DNA from: a virus
DNA length: 64,000 nucleotides
Reading direction: 5' to 3' (one strand)
IMG/VR virus record: IMGVR_UViG_3300020045_009879
Span: 1-64,000 of that record
Position 1 is the stretch's first letter. Each line of letters opens with the position of its first letter. Position numbers and translations under genes: made by a program. Below the pieces are notes generated by a model. The model saw nothing but the letters and a program-made list of their open reading frames with translations. It was not told where the DNA came from and searched no databases. This document shows, piece after piece, positions 46,001-53,790 of the stretch.

Positions 46001-47832
46001 GCCAATCTTCTTAACCCAACAGTAGACGCCAATGTATCTCTTAATGCAATATTAGTCTGCAGATTTCTGATAAGATTAAAGTTTGGAGATGGTTGTTTGT
46101 AATTATATCTAGGTTTACCGCCAATACCAATGAAGTTATTTGCAAAGAATCTATTAGACGCCTTCCCTTCAATATTGGCTAAGAATCTTAAGCCGGTCTG
46201 ATTTAGGTCGTTAATAAGTTTATCGGATATTGCAGACGAAGTGATCTCGTCTGCGTTTAATTTTTTAATATCAAACTTAGACAAAATATCTGCAATAGAA
46301 CCAAATACACCAGACTTTAAGTGTGATGTGGAGAATCCTTTAGATGCAAGATTATAAGAGTTCCTTCTATTGTAAAGAGTCTTAGCGTCACCAGATAGCA
46401 ATGCAGCAAAAGAATTATCAGACAGTTTTATCCCAAGATCCTCAAGCATTCTAGTGGCATAACCCTTAATTAAATTATTCTTATCTTCATTGGATAAAGA
46501 TCTATTCTCTTCTAAAAGGGTTTTTAGTGATTTAAACTCCTCACCAATACTCTTTATATGATCAGCATAGCCAAACAGATTCCCCACGAATTTAGACTCA
46601 TACAGAAGGTCTAGTACGTTAGATATGTCTGAATACCATTGCTTGATAACAACGCTCTCTATGCGACTATTATTGGCCTTGGCGACCCTGCTAGCGGCTG
46701 GATCTTTACTGTTGATTAAAATGACAACGGGTTGGTTCCGCTGTTTATTCATTGCATTCTGAAACTGAATCCTAAGTTGCTGATTTTTACTATCGTTCAG
46801 AGTATTGTATACAACCTCAAAGAAATTATCTTTCGGATGGTTTTTTGACTCATTTAAGAGTGTGTTCATCATACCTTTCTCTGAGAAATCATTATTGGCA
46901 GTCAGCACCATTAACACTTCTTTATAGACCCTAGACTGGTCATAGAGTGTTGTTACCCCTAGATTATTGCCTCCAAAGTCTTTAATACCCATCATCATCG
47001 CCTTTACCTGTGCAGACGAGTATTCTTTAGGGTCCTTGCCAAGTGAATCGTCAACATCAAAAGATTTCTCCACTACATCACTATCAGTAGCATCCTGCAT
47101 AGTAGCATCTTCTGTAACTATTGAATTTAAAAACTCATCATCAAGTGAGAGTAATTGTTTTAATTTTCTTTTATTTCTAGACCTAAAGCGAATACCATTT
47201 AATTCTAAAAGGTTTATTGCATTATCTTGTAACTTATTCCATGCGTCATTGTCAAGAATCTTATCGTAAGACCTATTGGCAGTTTTTAATGCCCTTAATA
47301 GTGCCTCATCATTTTGTGTTAACGTACTCTTACCGGCTAGTTTGGAAATGTCTTTTTCTACAGCATCCTTAAGCGTTGTAATAGTATTTTTGGCACTAGT
47401 CATAATATCCAATACCTTAGCACTTTTCTGGTGTAATAAGGCCTGAGACACCTCATAGGTAATACTATCTACTGCAGCAGTCTTTTCTCTGAGCGACAAT
47501 ACTTTACCATCAGATGTTTTAACTGTATATGTGAAGTCCCGATTTTTCTTGGGGATATATTCTATTGGACTATTTTTTGTTACCTTACTTTCCTCGTTTT
47601 GAATATTCTGCATGGCAACAGACGCCTCTTCTGTACTTAAACCACGCAACAATGTGCTCCTAGTCTCTTCGTCTAACTTAATAAACTCACTGGCATATGG
47701 AAGGCCGTCATTAGATATATTGCCATGGGTCTTATTCCAGATATTATGGGCAATATTCTCATCCTCTACCCTTTTGAGTAAATTCTTATATGAGTCGTGA
47801 TTTACATTTGGACATGTTACTTTCCTTGCCAT
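40003..47832 (-). CDS. virion-packaged single-chain DNA-dependent RNA polymerase with C-terminal zincin-like domain
   Basis: GSDFDIDKLY catalytic motif (43339-43356), R.P.Q..QS, DNAK; HEIQH at 40735-40749. Confidence 0.92.
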   Translation of the reverse strand: MARKVTCPNVNHDSYKNLLKRVEDENIAHNIWNKTHGNISNDGLPYASEFIKLDEETRSTLLRGLSTEEASVAMQNIQNEESKVTKNSPIEYIPKKNRDFTYTVKTSDGKVLSLREKTAAVDSITYEVSQALLHQKSAKVLDIMTSAKNTITTLKDAVEKDISKLAGKSTLTQNDEALLRALKTANRSYDKILDNDAWNKLQDNAINLLELNGIRFRSRNKRKLKQLLSLDDEFLNSIVTEDATMQDATDSDVVEKSFDVDDSLGKDPKEYSSAQVKAMMMGIKDFGGNNLGVTTLYDQSRVYKEVLMVLTANNDFSEKGMMNTLLNESKNHPKDNFFEVVYNTLNDSKNQQLRIQFQNAMNKQRNQPVVILINSKDPAASRVAKANNSRIESVVIKQWYSDISNVLDLLYESKFVGNLFGYADHIKSIGEEFKSLKTLLEENRSLSNEDKNNLIKGYATRMLEDLGIKLSDNSFAALLSGDAKTLYNRRNSYNLASKGFSTSHLKSGVFGSIADILSKFDIKKLNADEITSSAISDKLINDLNQTGLRFLANIEGKASNRFFANNFIGIGGKPRYNYKQPSPNFNLIRNLQTNIALRDTLASTVGLRRLALFNNRHFGGRVGDYGIIESASDEFTNGFQYDENYAMKEYGTNDGAERSNLSDVDLHVNAMYLFQEGGSFMSILDTTKSDKKESPIFKVPRVELNAIAEEGGKAELTDLISFVDGNMLISRFGKRQIMDSELMSNAMTVVSAELDRMIYVLTHKDGDVVKEMKKQLGANYEYNSQFFYSASFLNGLIKRNKDGSIYTDKGIGDLDLNKKHIEAKFKEALYNHFISQISSDLNSWEKLGLLKTSGSKYYTNLIKYEWGKSKGYAPFMKKQTVSNEYASEDIFDDEQIDDEFVVSPNQSSSHKNNIYNDEMLRVLSLLSLESSMNSFSIMGGFGLVMSGDPAQSSQSLQKMIKSESDDNKVNGIKDPSNAIAINSAMEKFMNEYQKRLSSDISPAVDAVGEYTITLNDGSVISSKPTYKVAYVDDSRTDGKDYLTSLPKNLQNQVDKYTGKGTDGLEYVSFYNKLDALYRTGVIKDWEFVQLRRQYAEDGTVNKKYSKHFIIGAGKPRQVAIVVKEIGGENIAVKVFMKSAELPLTQEFAKSVNQDLVNLVEAMEMGYDEDPSKDQHIGRIPHKSSGKQGGITPVSIYGKDSAFTIKNAKDLRAALDQSSGELPWTGFGYQQETPTHLGEGLQTNVVQADKSILGGLYDEEFTHHGDKISGEQLDLRKHSINAELSKIAKQSIDESLKTDGEFDIEKIVKKAIKVDSGISNNESNSALVADKYGLPLFWSYSRKSLEEFLFSQYTDVIKLQRPGRANPQFPLTGSGKVTVKTEIVPRDGVVMFNGRDSGEQLKYTRIKPKENGGEEVHVAEIILPFDFISMGSSVNMNSIDLNNIDPSLLNIIGMRLPNQLHQSQVLFKIVGFTPKGMGTMVIVPQEIVVQTGSDFDIDKLYQYWRNAFLTKDNKLVSIPKGVTQYDENGHVSINNDAVNSFIESNFNEDSRPSVEDVSRQAIENDYVDLFESVLSNPNVARMSLEALDADDLKDTGKKYKILQPKAPWYSWQRQTQEYKSQQSAKGGIDIYAKAMSSIILAYKKGMIFKDLSVSKLSLNGRSNPLILRYINPYGKSVVGKWTGSNSSLSLDFEDRTALRNIVILLSESIDNAKNGNLIPNGLNSFTFNIAESLMLLSDSNNNSLPLTYVPAILNQEIVKIVSGLIGNSKGVVRTSGKTLNLKTATKIAFADLLRQLDVTAVQVATETKKLSSKVYNEQELYNIYNTGQQLVSGQGALPETKALWVAHQIDIMKNIFTPLSKIANKLFDLNNQTGFDKGFKSNSAENNLLLSSILSSGNDGSIINSDKFTQSLNGELNTTGNNLVLAEDIIFDIDKVLGYNGSILMTAIDKITLFNGLNKKTKPQMISSVVDGYKSYVFSKVISESFGIHGTVEEIGANISKKIRELQSSTSSKYKNNKFLTSVSINKTNKIISFNGDLKNNADLERAMDGFYTLSKDTDDDVRQLTTSIIMYEFLTSGNKTKTSFVKVIPIDALESIGFYSKLAEKVRDLRDGSHVDEFINLFYRNNPQYIIPFNVLDSRYSNFNSVGGNYHKSLDRNFVRIGQNFKLEEIPLFIKSSKGSPNANIYIFDSPISSGNNKLALYKKYDYSILKGSASYFESSMNKVGKKVFDSGYFTDYKPDAISTGYFVGGMANINSLSNDFNTEKVFFLRMLKEQTDVRSLLPVVEQIDTTYSKWIVELLKQLPDNIQDISVKYSDEPSVNNSIAEFNIVDGKSQITIYNGLFEQEIDRTGSMSFAKETILHEIQHSMMAESYLLGKNGDPRFKQIADNVDMIYDDAMGAISDEPIVSSFDGANFIIDDEPLTYGQFIKDGRLDSEAINSIFADDKDMQDDLRKSLYMLNSQMDFISELSSRKHIQDLMNSVYLSDSTYEKIGVEKSKSLLETLFSKFASFFDSIVSFFNGSSVNQQSVLEAAMVQNMMLTNELMNTKAKKLKKNIIRSATQKYAPNEIIDSDSQQITGTVRDFLSNSTREERSAFRHALNNNIFKTKC

Positions 47833-47833
47833 A

Positions 47834-50800
47834 TTATTTCTTGCATATATCGTGAATATTCTCTATCTCTTCGTCATCATCCATGGTTATCTCAAAACCA
47901 CCAGAGGTAATTGTTACCTCATTAGAACTGCCAATAACTTCAATTTTCTTTGAAGTATTACTATTATCCGCAACAGTCTCGGTAACGATTGGTACAACAG
48001 TTAGCACCTCCACTATAGGCTTTTTAGATTCTACCGATATATTAGGAATTTCAAATTCTAATACTGGTTGCACAAAATATACTCCTTTAGTAGTATTGCC
48101 AAACGGTATCTCGCCAGCAACCTTAAATTGAATCATCCTATTGTTCTTATAGAAATCGCTAATAGTCTCTGCCTCAACAGTATGCGTGCCGTCAGGATGA
48201 ATCATTATTACATTATTGTCGGTATTACCATTGTTATCTAGGCCCAGATGCTTCTTGGAAAAGTTCATTAACATACTAGATGCGTCGGACGTCAACATAT
48301 TTATCTCCGCATTAGTAGGTTTGACCGCTTCGAAAATAGTCTTAGTGCTTCCCGCGTGTTTCCATTCAATAACGAATTTATCATTCTCATCAAAGTTCAT
48401 GTGGAATTGCCATCCCTTAGATTTAGACGAATTTAACAACGTGGTAATATATGAGTATAAACCCATTCTCCTTAACTGATCAATGCTTTTTGTTTCTGGA
48501 TTCAATCCATTTCTTAATCTATATTTAGATCCTAGATCATGAAGTATATCTTTTACACCTTTATTTTTATAGAACATTTCTAATGCGGTACCTATTGATG
48601 CAGACCATTTCTCTCCAAGTGGACTTGCGTAGGCTATCTGTGGAGACAGCATGCCATTAGCGGTGGGAACCATTACAACGGGAGTACCATCAATAGCCTT
48701 GAACATTATACCATTAGTAATTGGATTACCATTCACATCCTGCGCAACACCACCTTGCATAAACCCCCACATATTACCAGATGAACCAGTATATTTCTTT
48801 ACATCTTCCTCTAGGTTCGGAGCACTCTCGGTGATTGGCATCTTTTCTTCTGTAGAGAAAATCATTCCTGCACCTACGTTGGTAATTTTAGATTCTACCT
48901 TAAAATTCTTATTGCCCTTATTGAACTGCTTTTTAAATTCTTCCCTAAGTTTATCTATTGAATCTATGTCTTGTACTATTTTTGTCTCACCCTCTTTATT
49001 ATCCGCAGGAGCAATGTGTGTTCTTTCTCTAGCATCATTTCTTTCTTCTAGCCATGCGTGTTCTGGCAGATAACCAACCAATTCATCATTAATAAATATG
49101 CCGATTGGCATTTCATTCTTTTTGTTATCCCCATATGTAAGATTATCTTTGGCTGCATCACTAGGTGATACGTCTTTAGTGGCATAAGAACCATCTTTTT
49201 CGTTTACTATTGGCCTTCCATTTATACCTCTTTGAATGGATTTAACGGCGCCATCGACGACTCTTAAGGTTATTTTTGCACCATTAGTAAAGGAGAAATC
49301 TGAGTTCTTTAAAAACTCCTGATTGACACTGTCAGGGTTACTCTTAATTAACCATTCGCCAGTAGATTCATTCTTTACGTAGGAATATTTTGATGCAAGA
49401 TAGTTTACAGCAATTGCCATTAACCTCTTTCTGGTATCCATTAATGTAGATTTCTTCTCACTATCTAGTATCTTTGACGCTAATTCTCTGGCCTCCTTGG
49501 GAGATCTATTTACTATACGATCTGGCCTCTTATTCGTTGGTTCAACCTCTTTTTTGTCAGAATATGTTTTGATGATGGACGACATGTCTAATTGACCACC
49601 CTCAGCGACATGTGCAACAACTTGATCGTAAATATCTTTGCCAATAATATTCTCTCCAATAACAACCTTAGTGTCTGGATTTTCAACAGCCTGAAACATA
49701 TGCAATTGGTTGTTTAGCTCCTGTGCGCCCTTCATTACCAAAACAATAGCCTCTAATTCAGAAGTTGCATTCGTAAGATGCCGTATCTTAAACTTCTTTC
49801 CGTCAGGAGTTGGGAATAGTGTAAAAAAATTATCTGGATTACCATTTACACCATTTTCTTTTACTAAATGCACTGCTGGATTTTCTTTATCAAATTTAGA
49901 TCCCGTAATATCTTCATATTTATCTTGCGGAACACTGGTCAGTTTTACAATGTTATCTTTTACCTTTTGGGTACCATCTTCGCTACTAGTTACATACTTT
50001 GAATGCATATATTCTTCCTGTACGGAATTACCACTATTGGTAACTATAGACGGTATAACGCTATTAACATTATCAACACTTGGAGTAGTTCTAACCACTT
50101 CATTTGCATATATTTGCTTTTCGCCGATAGGAGTCTCAATTACAATAGGTTCTGTCTTTGGAGTAATATCAGCAGCATTCTTTGTAGCCTTTGCATTATC
50201 AATTTGATTCTTAACCTCTTCGGCCTGCTTCTTCCTATCAGACCTGAGCGCATCCCTTGTTTCTTCTGAAATTGCAGCTTTATATGCTTCTTTGGCCTCG
50301 TCCATCATCGTTGTTAGATTTGACCTAAGTGCTATTAAATTCTTTATATTATCCTTGCTATTGAATAATTTTTCATCTAATGTTCCGTCAAAGTTGATAT
50401 TTTGCTCTAAAGATTTTTGATTTTCAATTTCCTTATCCGTTGACTCAATTTTGTCTTTCAACACATTTATGCCAATAACATATCCAAGTATTTCTTTAGC
50501 ATTTTCTCTACCGGATAAGTCTTCCCCCTTAGCAAATTTTACAACACTATTAAGTTTCTCTATGGCAAGTTGCGCCCTCTCTTTTTCTTTGGGGGTGGAA
50601 TTTCTATTTTCTAAAACATTCTGAAATGCGGCAATCTTTGTTTGTGTTCCAGATAGATTAATGCCTACACCTTCCTCCGAGTTTAATGCATCGACTGCTA
50701 CAGAAGATATAGCCATATCATATCCAAATGCCTCAGGGTCTGCGTCTACATCTTTAGATGTCATAAAGTCTCTAATACCATCGACCTGTCCTATTGATGT

Positions 50801-52102
50801 TTCTGCCTTAGATATTACATCTTTTTTCCCAGATAATAGTGCTGCGTCTTTTAAATCCTTAACTGCGCCCTCGACTCTTTTATATGCAGGAACAATATAA
50901 TGTGTTATGGCAGTATTACCACCACCGCCAATGGCACCGAGCATCATGGATTCTAAACCCTGTGGTTCAACTAAATGTGATAATGATCTAGATAAATTGT
51001 GTTTGAATTTATCGCCCTGTTCGCCCTTTAAAGACGATTCTGACTGTGCTATATAGTTAACGCCCTCTTCTGCGCCTTCCTGCAATGATTCTATGCCAAT
51101 AGATCTTGCAATACCCCCCTCTAACTTAGTTATGGTTCCACGTGCTCCAGTAAATAGTCCTGCAGATGTTAGGTTAGATAATACGTTCAATCTGTTAATA
51201 CTAACGCTTACGTCGGCAGCAGCAGAGGCTGCATCTCTAGCATCATCATCAGACATTCCCTGTGCCATCTTCATCTGATACACCTGTTGATATTGCGGCA
51301 CAGCCTCCATAACGCTCTCTGCCTGATTTAGAGCCACGGCATTCAATACTGTGGGGGCAGCATATAATCTTTTTGCTACAGAGTTTTCTATGAACTTAGG
51401 AATAGCACTCTCAGTTATCTTTCCTGCACTAAGCAGCTTTTGTGCACGTGCATTCGCGCCTAGTTTTAATGCTTCTATACCGGTCTTACCAGCAACAGCA
51501 TCAGCAGCAGCAGACATCAACCCACCAGTTATATATCCAGTAAGAGCAAAAGATCCAACAGAGTTTAATAGTTGCGATAAATTATCCCAGTTATAACCAC
51601 TGTCAGAGAAATTAAATGACTCTCCTGGGTTTTTCCTGTAGATAGGTGCTTTTGAATTAACCCATGCCATCATAGAGTCGGTGGCCTTTTCTATTGGATT
51701 GCCATACTCATTGTCAATATTAGCATAGTCCTCAAAGTCTAATATATCTGCAAGATTACCTATTGTCCCGAGTATTGTGTTAGGGATAAGCCTCTTAGCA
51801 GTATTAAACATCTGCTGATAACCAGACTGAGAGTCTGCCCTAAGCGCATTAATATTAGTATCTTCGGAGAGTAGTGCAGCATTAGGAATGTATTCTGAAT
51901 AATTTCCAATAGGTTCAACCATGCCAGCAGTATCATAGGATACTCTAGAGGCAATCTTTGGATCATACACATCCCTTGGTTTGCCTATGTTATATATAGG
52001 ATTACCAAACGCATCGCGTTCGTAAGATGCAGCATTCTCTATCTGTGCAATTTGATTTTGCTTATATAATGGTTTGGCTGAATTTGGAATCATTATTTCC
52101 AA
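47834..52102 (-). CDS. large virion ejection protein (first of the RNAP block)
   Basis: 1422 aa; EG.EE..NY and LGAIGGG segments typical of ejected channel-forming proteins. Confidence 0.8.
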   Translation of the reverse strand: MEIMIPNSAKPLYKQNQIAQIENAASYERDAFGNPIYNIGKPRDVYDPKIASRVSYDTAGMVEPIGNYSEYIPNAALLSEDTNINALRADSQSGYQQMFNTAKRLIPNTILGTIGNLADILDFEDYANIDNEYGNPIEKATDSMMAWVNSKAPIYRKNPGESFNFSDSGYNWDNLSQLLNSVGSFALTGYITGGLMSAAADAVAGKTGIEALKLGANARAQKLLSAGKITESAIPKFIENSVAKRLYAAPTVLNAVALNQAESVMEAVPQYQQVYQMKMAQGMSDDDARDAASAAADVSVSINRLNVLSNLTSAGLFTGARGTITKLEGGIARSIGIESLQEGAEEGVNYIAQSESSLKGEQGDKFKHNLSRSLSHLVEPQGLESMMLGAIGGGGNTAITHYIVPAYKRVEGAVKDLKDAALLSGKKDVISKAETSIGQVDGIRDFMTSKDVDADPEAFGYDMAISSVAVDALNSEEGVGINLSGTQTKIAAFQNVLENRNSTPKEKERAQLAIEKLNSVVKFAKGEDLSGRENAKEILGYVIGINVLKDKIESTDKEIENQKSLEQNINFDGTLDEKLFNSKDNIKNLIALRSNLTTMMDEAKEAYKAAISEETRDALRSDRKKQAEEVKNQIDNAKATKNAADITPKTEPIVIETPIGEKQIYANEVVRTTPSVDNVNSVIPSIVTNSGNSVQEEYMHSKYVTSSEDGTQKVKDNIVKLTSVPQDKYEDITGSKFDKENPAVHLVKENGVNGNPDNFFTLFPTPDGKKFKIRHLTNATSELEAIVLVMKGAQELNNQLHMFQAVENPDTKVVIGENIIGKDIYDQVVAHVAEGGQLDMSSIIKTYSDKKEVEPTNKRPDRIVNRSPKEARELASKILDSEKKSTLMDTRKRLMAIAVNYLASKYSYVKNESTGEWLIKSNPDSVNQEFLKNSDFSFTNGAKITLRVVDGAVKSIQRGINGRPIVNEKDGSYATKDVSPSDAAKDNLTYGDNKKNEMPIGIFINDELVGYLPEHAWLEERNDARERTHIAPADNKEGETKIVQDIDSIDKLREEFKKQFNKGNKNFKVESKITNVGAGMIFSTEEKMPITESAPNLEEDVKKYTGSSGNMWGFMQGGVAQDVNGNPITNGIMFKAIDGTPVVMVPTANGMLSPQIAYASPLGEKWSASIGTALEMFYKNKGVKDILHDLGSKYRLRNGLNPETKSIDQLRRMGLYSYITTLLNSSKSKGWQFHMNFDENDKFVIEWKHAGSTKTIFEAVKPTNAEINMLTSDASSMLMNFSKKHLGLDNNGNTDNNVIMIHPDGTHTVEAETISDFYKNNRMIQFKVAGEIPFGNTTKGVYFVQPVLEFEIPNISVESKKPIVEVLTVVPIVTETVADNSNTSKKIEVIGSSNEVTITSGGFEITMDDDEEIENIHDICKK

Positions 52103-53712
52103 GCTTTAGATGAGCGATATATATCTTCGGCCCTCTGGATTGAATTTGTTGCGTCTTGATCTCGCTGAGAAGACGTCTCTGGATTATGGAGAACATTTAC
52201 GGCCTTTTTTGCTGCATAATATAGGGGAGAGGTGGGGTTAATATTGATCGTTCGCGGTGGCATACGTTTTGTCCCCTCCTTGTACTCAATTAATACTGAT
52301 ATAAATGGTTTCCCGGTTCCATTGAAACTTCGCCTACCATCTTTGTCTACCAAAGATTTACCCTGAAATCCAAGATGAGTAACTTCCGTGTTAGTTATTT
52401 CGGCAGTACCATCCTTAATTTTCTCTAAAAGATCATTATCCTCAGAAGAGTAACCTCTATTCACAAAATCTCCAGAGATCAAACCATACCGCAGTGGTTC
52501 GTCTAACGTTTGCCTTATATTGTAAAGAACTTCTTCCGACGCTGTCTTTCCAAGGTCGGCTACTTGTCCTTTATTTATTCTAAATTTCTGTGTATGTGTG
52601 AAATATGGATCTGTCCTTAATTCGTCTTTTAACTGTTCTCTCTTTTGCACTAATCCCTCAGGATCAAATAATCCAGATTTATCCAGTATTGATGGAGTAT
52701 AATCTCTCCATTTTTGATTTTCCTCTGTAATTCTGCGCTGCATACTATCATAATCATACTTGCCATTAGTTAATTGCCTTGTGGCAACATCTAATTGCTC
52801 TTTCTTGACTGGATTTTCTGCTGCCAAAGTTAATACATCATCACTGGGTTGTAGTATGTTTAATGTTGAACTATCTTCCTGATCAATAAAGTCCGTTCTG
52901 GTTTCTTTCGCCCCATTTTTGCCCTTATAGTTTTCTTTCATATATTGTGCTGAGACCGGTGCACGCTCCATTCCACCAACAACACCAGACATAATACCGC
53001 CGGTAATAGCATCTCTTACCTCTGAATGTGTGGGATCTAAACCCCTAGATTTTGCTATCTCATTAACCTGTGCATCAACAAGGCTCTTAAATTTAGGATC
53101 TGTCTGATATGCTTTAAATGCATCATCCTGAGTTTTAAATCCATGGACGAAATTCATTATGCCAAGATCAAGATCTGTTGTGTCTCTTCCAGTAATACCC
53201 TGTGCATAATTCTTTCCATATGCGGCCCCAAGACCAGTGAGTTTATCTCTGCTTACAACCTGAAAACTATTTAATGCACTAGGATCTTTCCTGTATTCAT
53301 CGAAGGATTTCTCTAGTGGACTTGTTCCTACGATAATGTTATCACCATCCATTCTGGCCTTAGAATACTCTGCGCCCCATTTCTCTCTCGTCTTGGCAAA
53401 GTCCTGCATTGGTAAAACCTGGGTGGCGTATAATTGCCTAAGTTGTCTTGCATCGTCTACATTCTTCTGTGTGGCGCCTTCTTTGGATATTTTATTAAGA
53501 ACTTCGTTATACTTCTTAGTAAACTCTTCTTGCTTAGGTGCAGCCTCTCCTAATGCCCCTTGTAAGGTCAAATTAGCCTCATTCATGGCATCAACCTGAG
53601 ACGTTAGCGCTTGATCCCTCTTGTATAGTTCTTGCGGCCCAAACATGGACTCCTGCATTGTCATTGGAGAATATTCTGCAATTGGTGCATTTCCCCAGAA
53701 TCTATTTGCCAT
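52093..53712 (-). CDS. virion cargo/ejection protein
   Basis: 539 aa, Cys-free, Y.P...E...P N-terminus; synteny. Confidence 0.72.
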   Translation of the reverse strand: MANRFWGNAPIAEYSPMTMQESMFGPQELYKRDQALTSQVDAMNEANLTLQGALGEAAPKQEEFTKKYNEVLNKISKEGATQKNVDDARQLRQLYATQVLPMQDFAKTREKWGAEYSKARMDGDNIIVGTSPLEKSFDEYRKDPSALNSFQVVSRDKLTGLGAAYGKNYAQGITGRDTTDLDLGIMNFVHGFKTQDDAFKAYQTDPKFKSLVDAQVNEIAKSRGLDPTHSEVRDAITGGIMSGVVGGMERAPVSAQYMKENYKGKNGAKETRTDFIDQEDSSTLNILQPSDDVLTLAAENPVKKEQLDVATRQLTNGKYDYDSMQRRITEENQKWRDYTPSILDKSGLFDPEGLVQKREQLKDELRTDPYFTHTQKFRINKGQVADLGKTASEEVLYNIRQTLDEPLRYGLISGDFVNRGYSSEDNDLLEKIKDGTAEITNTEVTHLGFQGKSLVDKDGRRSFNGTGKPFISVLIEYKEGTKRMPPRTININPTSPLYYAAKKAVNVLHNPETSSQRDQDATNSIQRAEDIYRSSKAWK

Positions 53713-53726
53713 ATAATTATTTTTTA

Positions 53727-53758
53727 CAAATGTAGTGTATTATTAGCGCAGATGCAAT
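53727..53758 (-). promoter_or_regulatory. Bacteroidota-type promoter for the ejection/RNAP genes
   Basis: Minus strand ATTG-N20-TACATTTG, 14 nt before ATG 53712. Confidence 0.6.
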
Positions 53759-53790
53759 ATATCAATTAGTCCATTAGATTAACAGAACCT

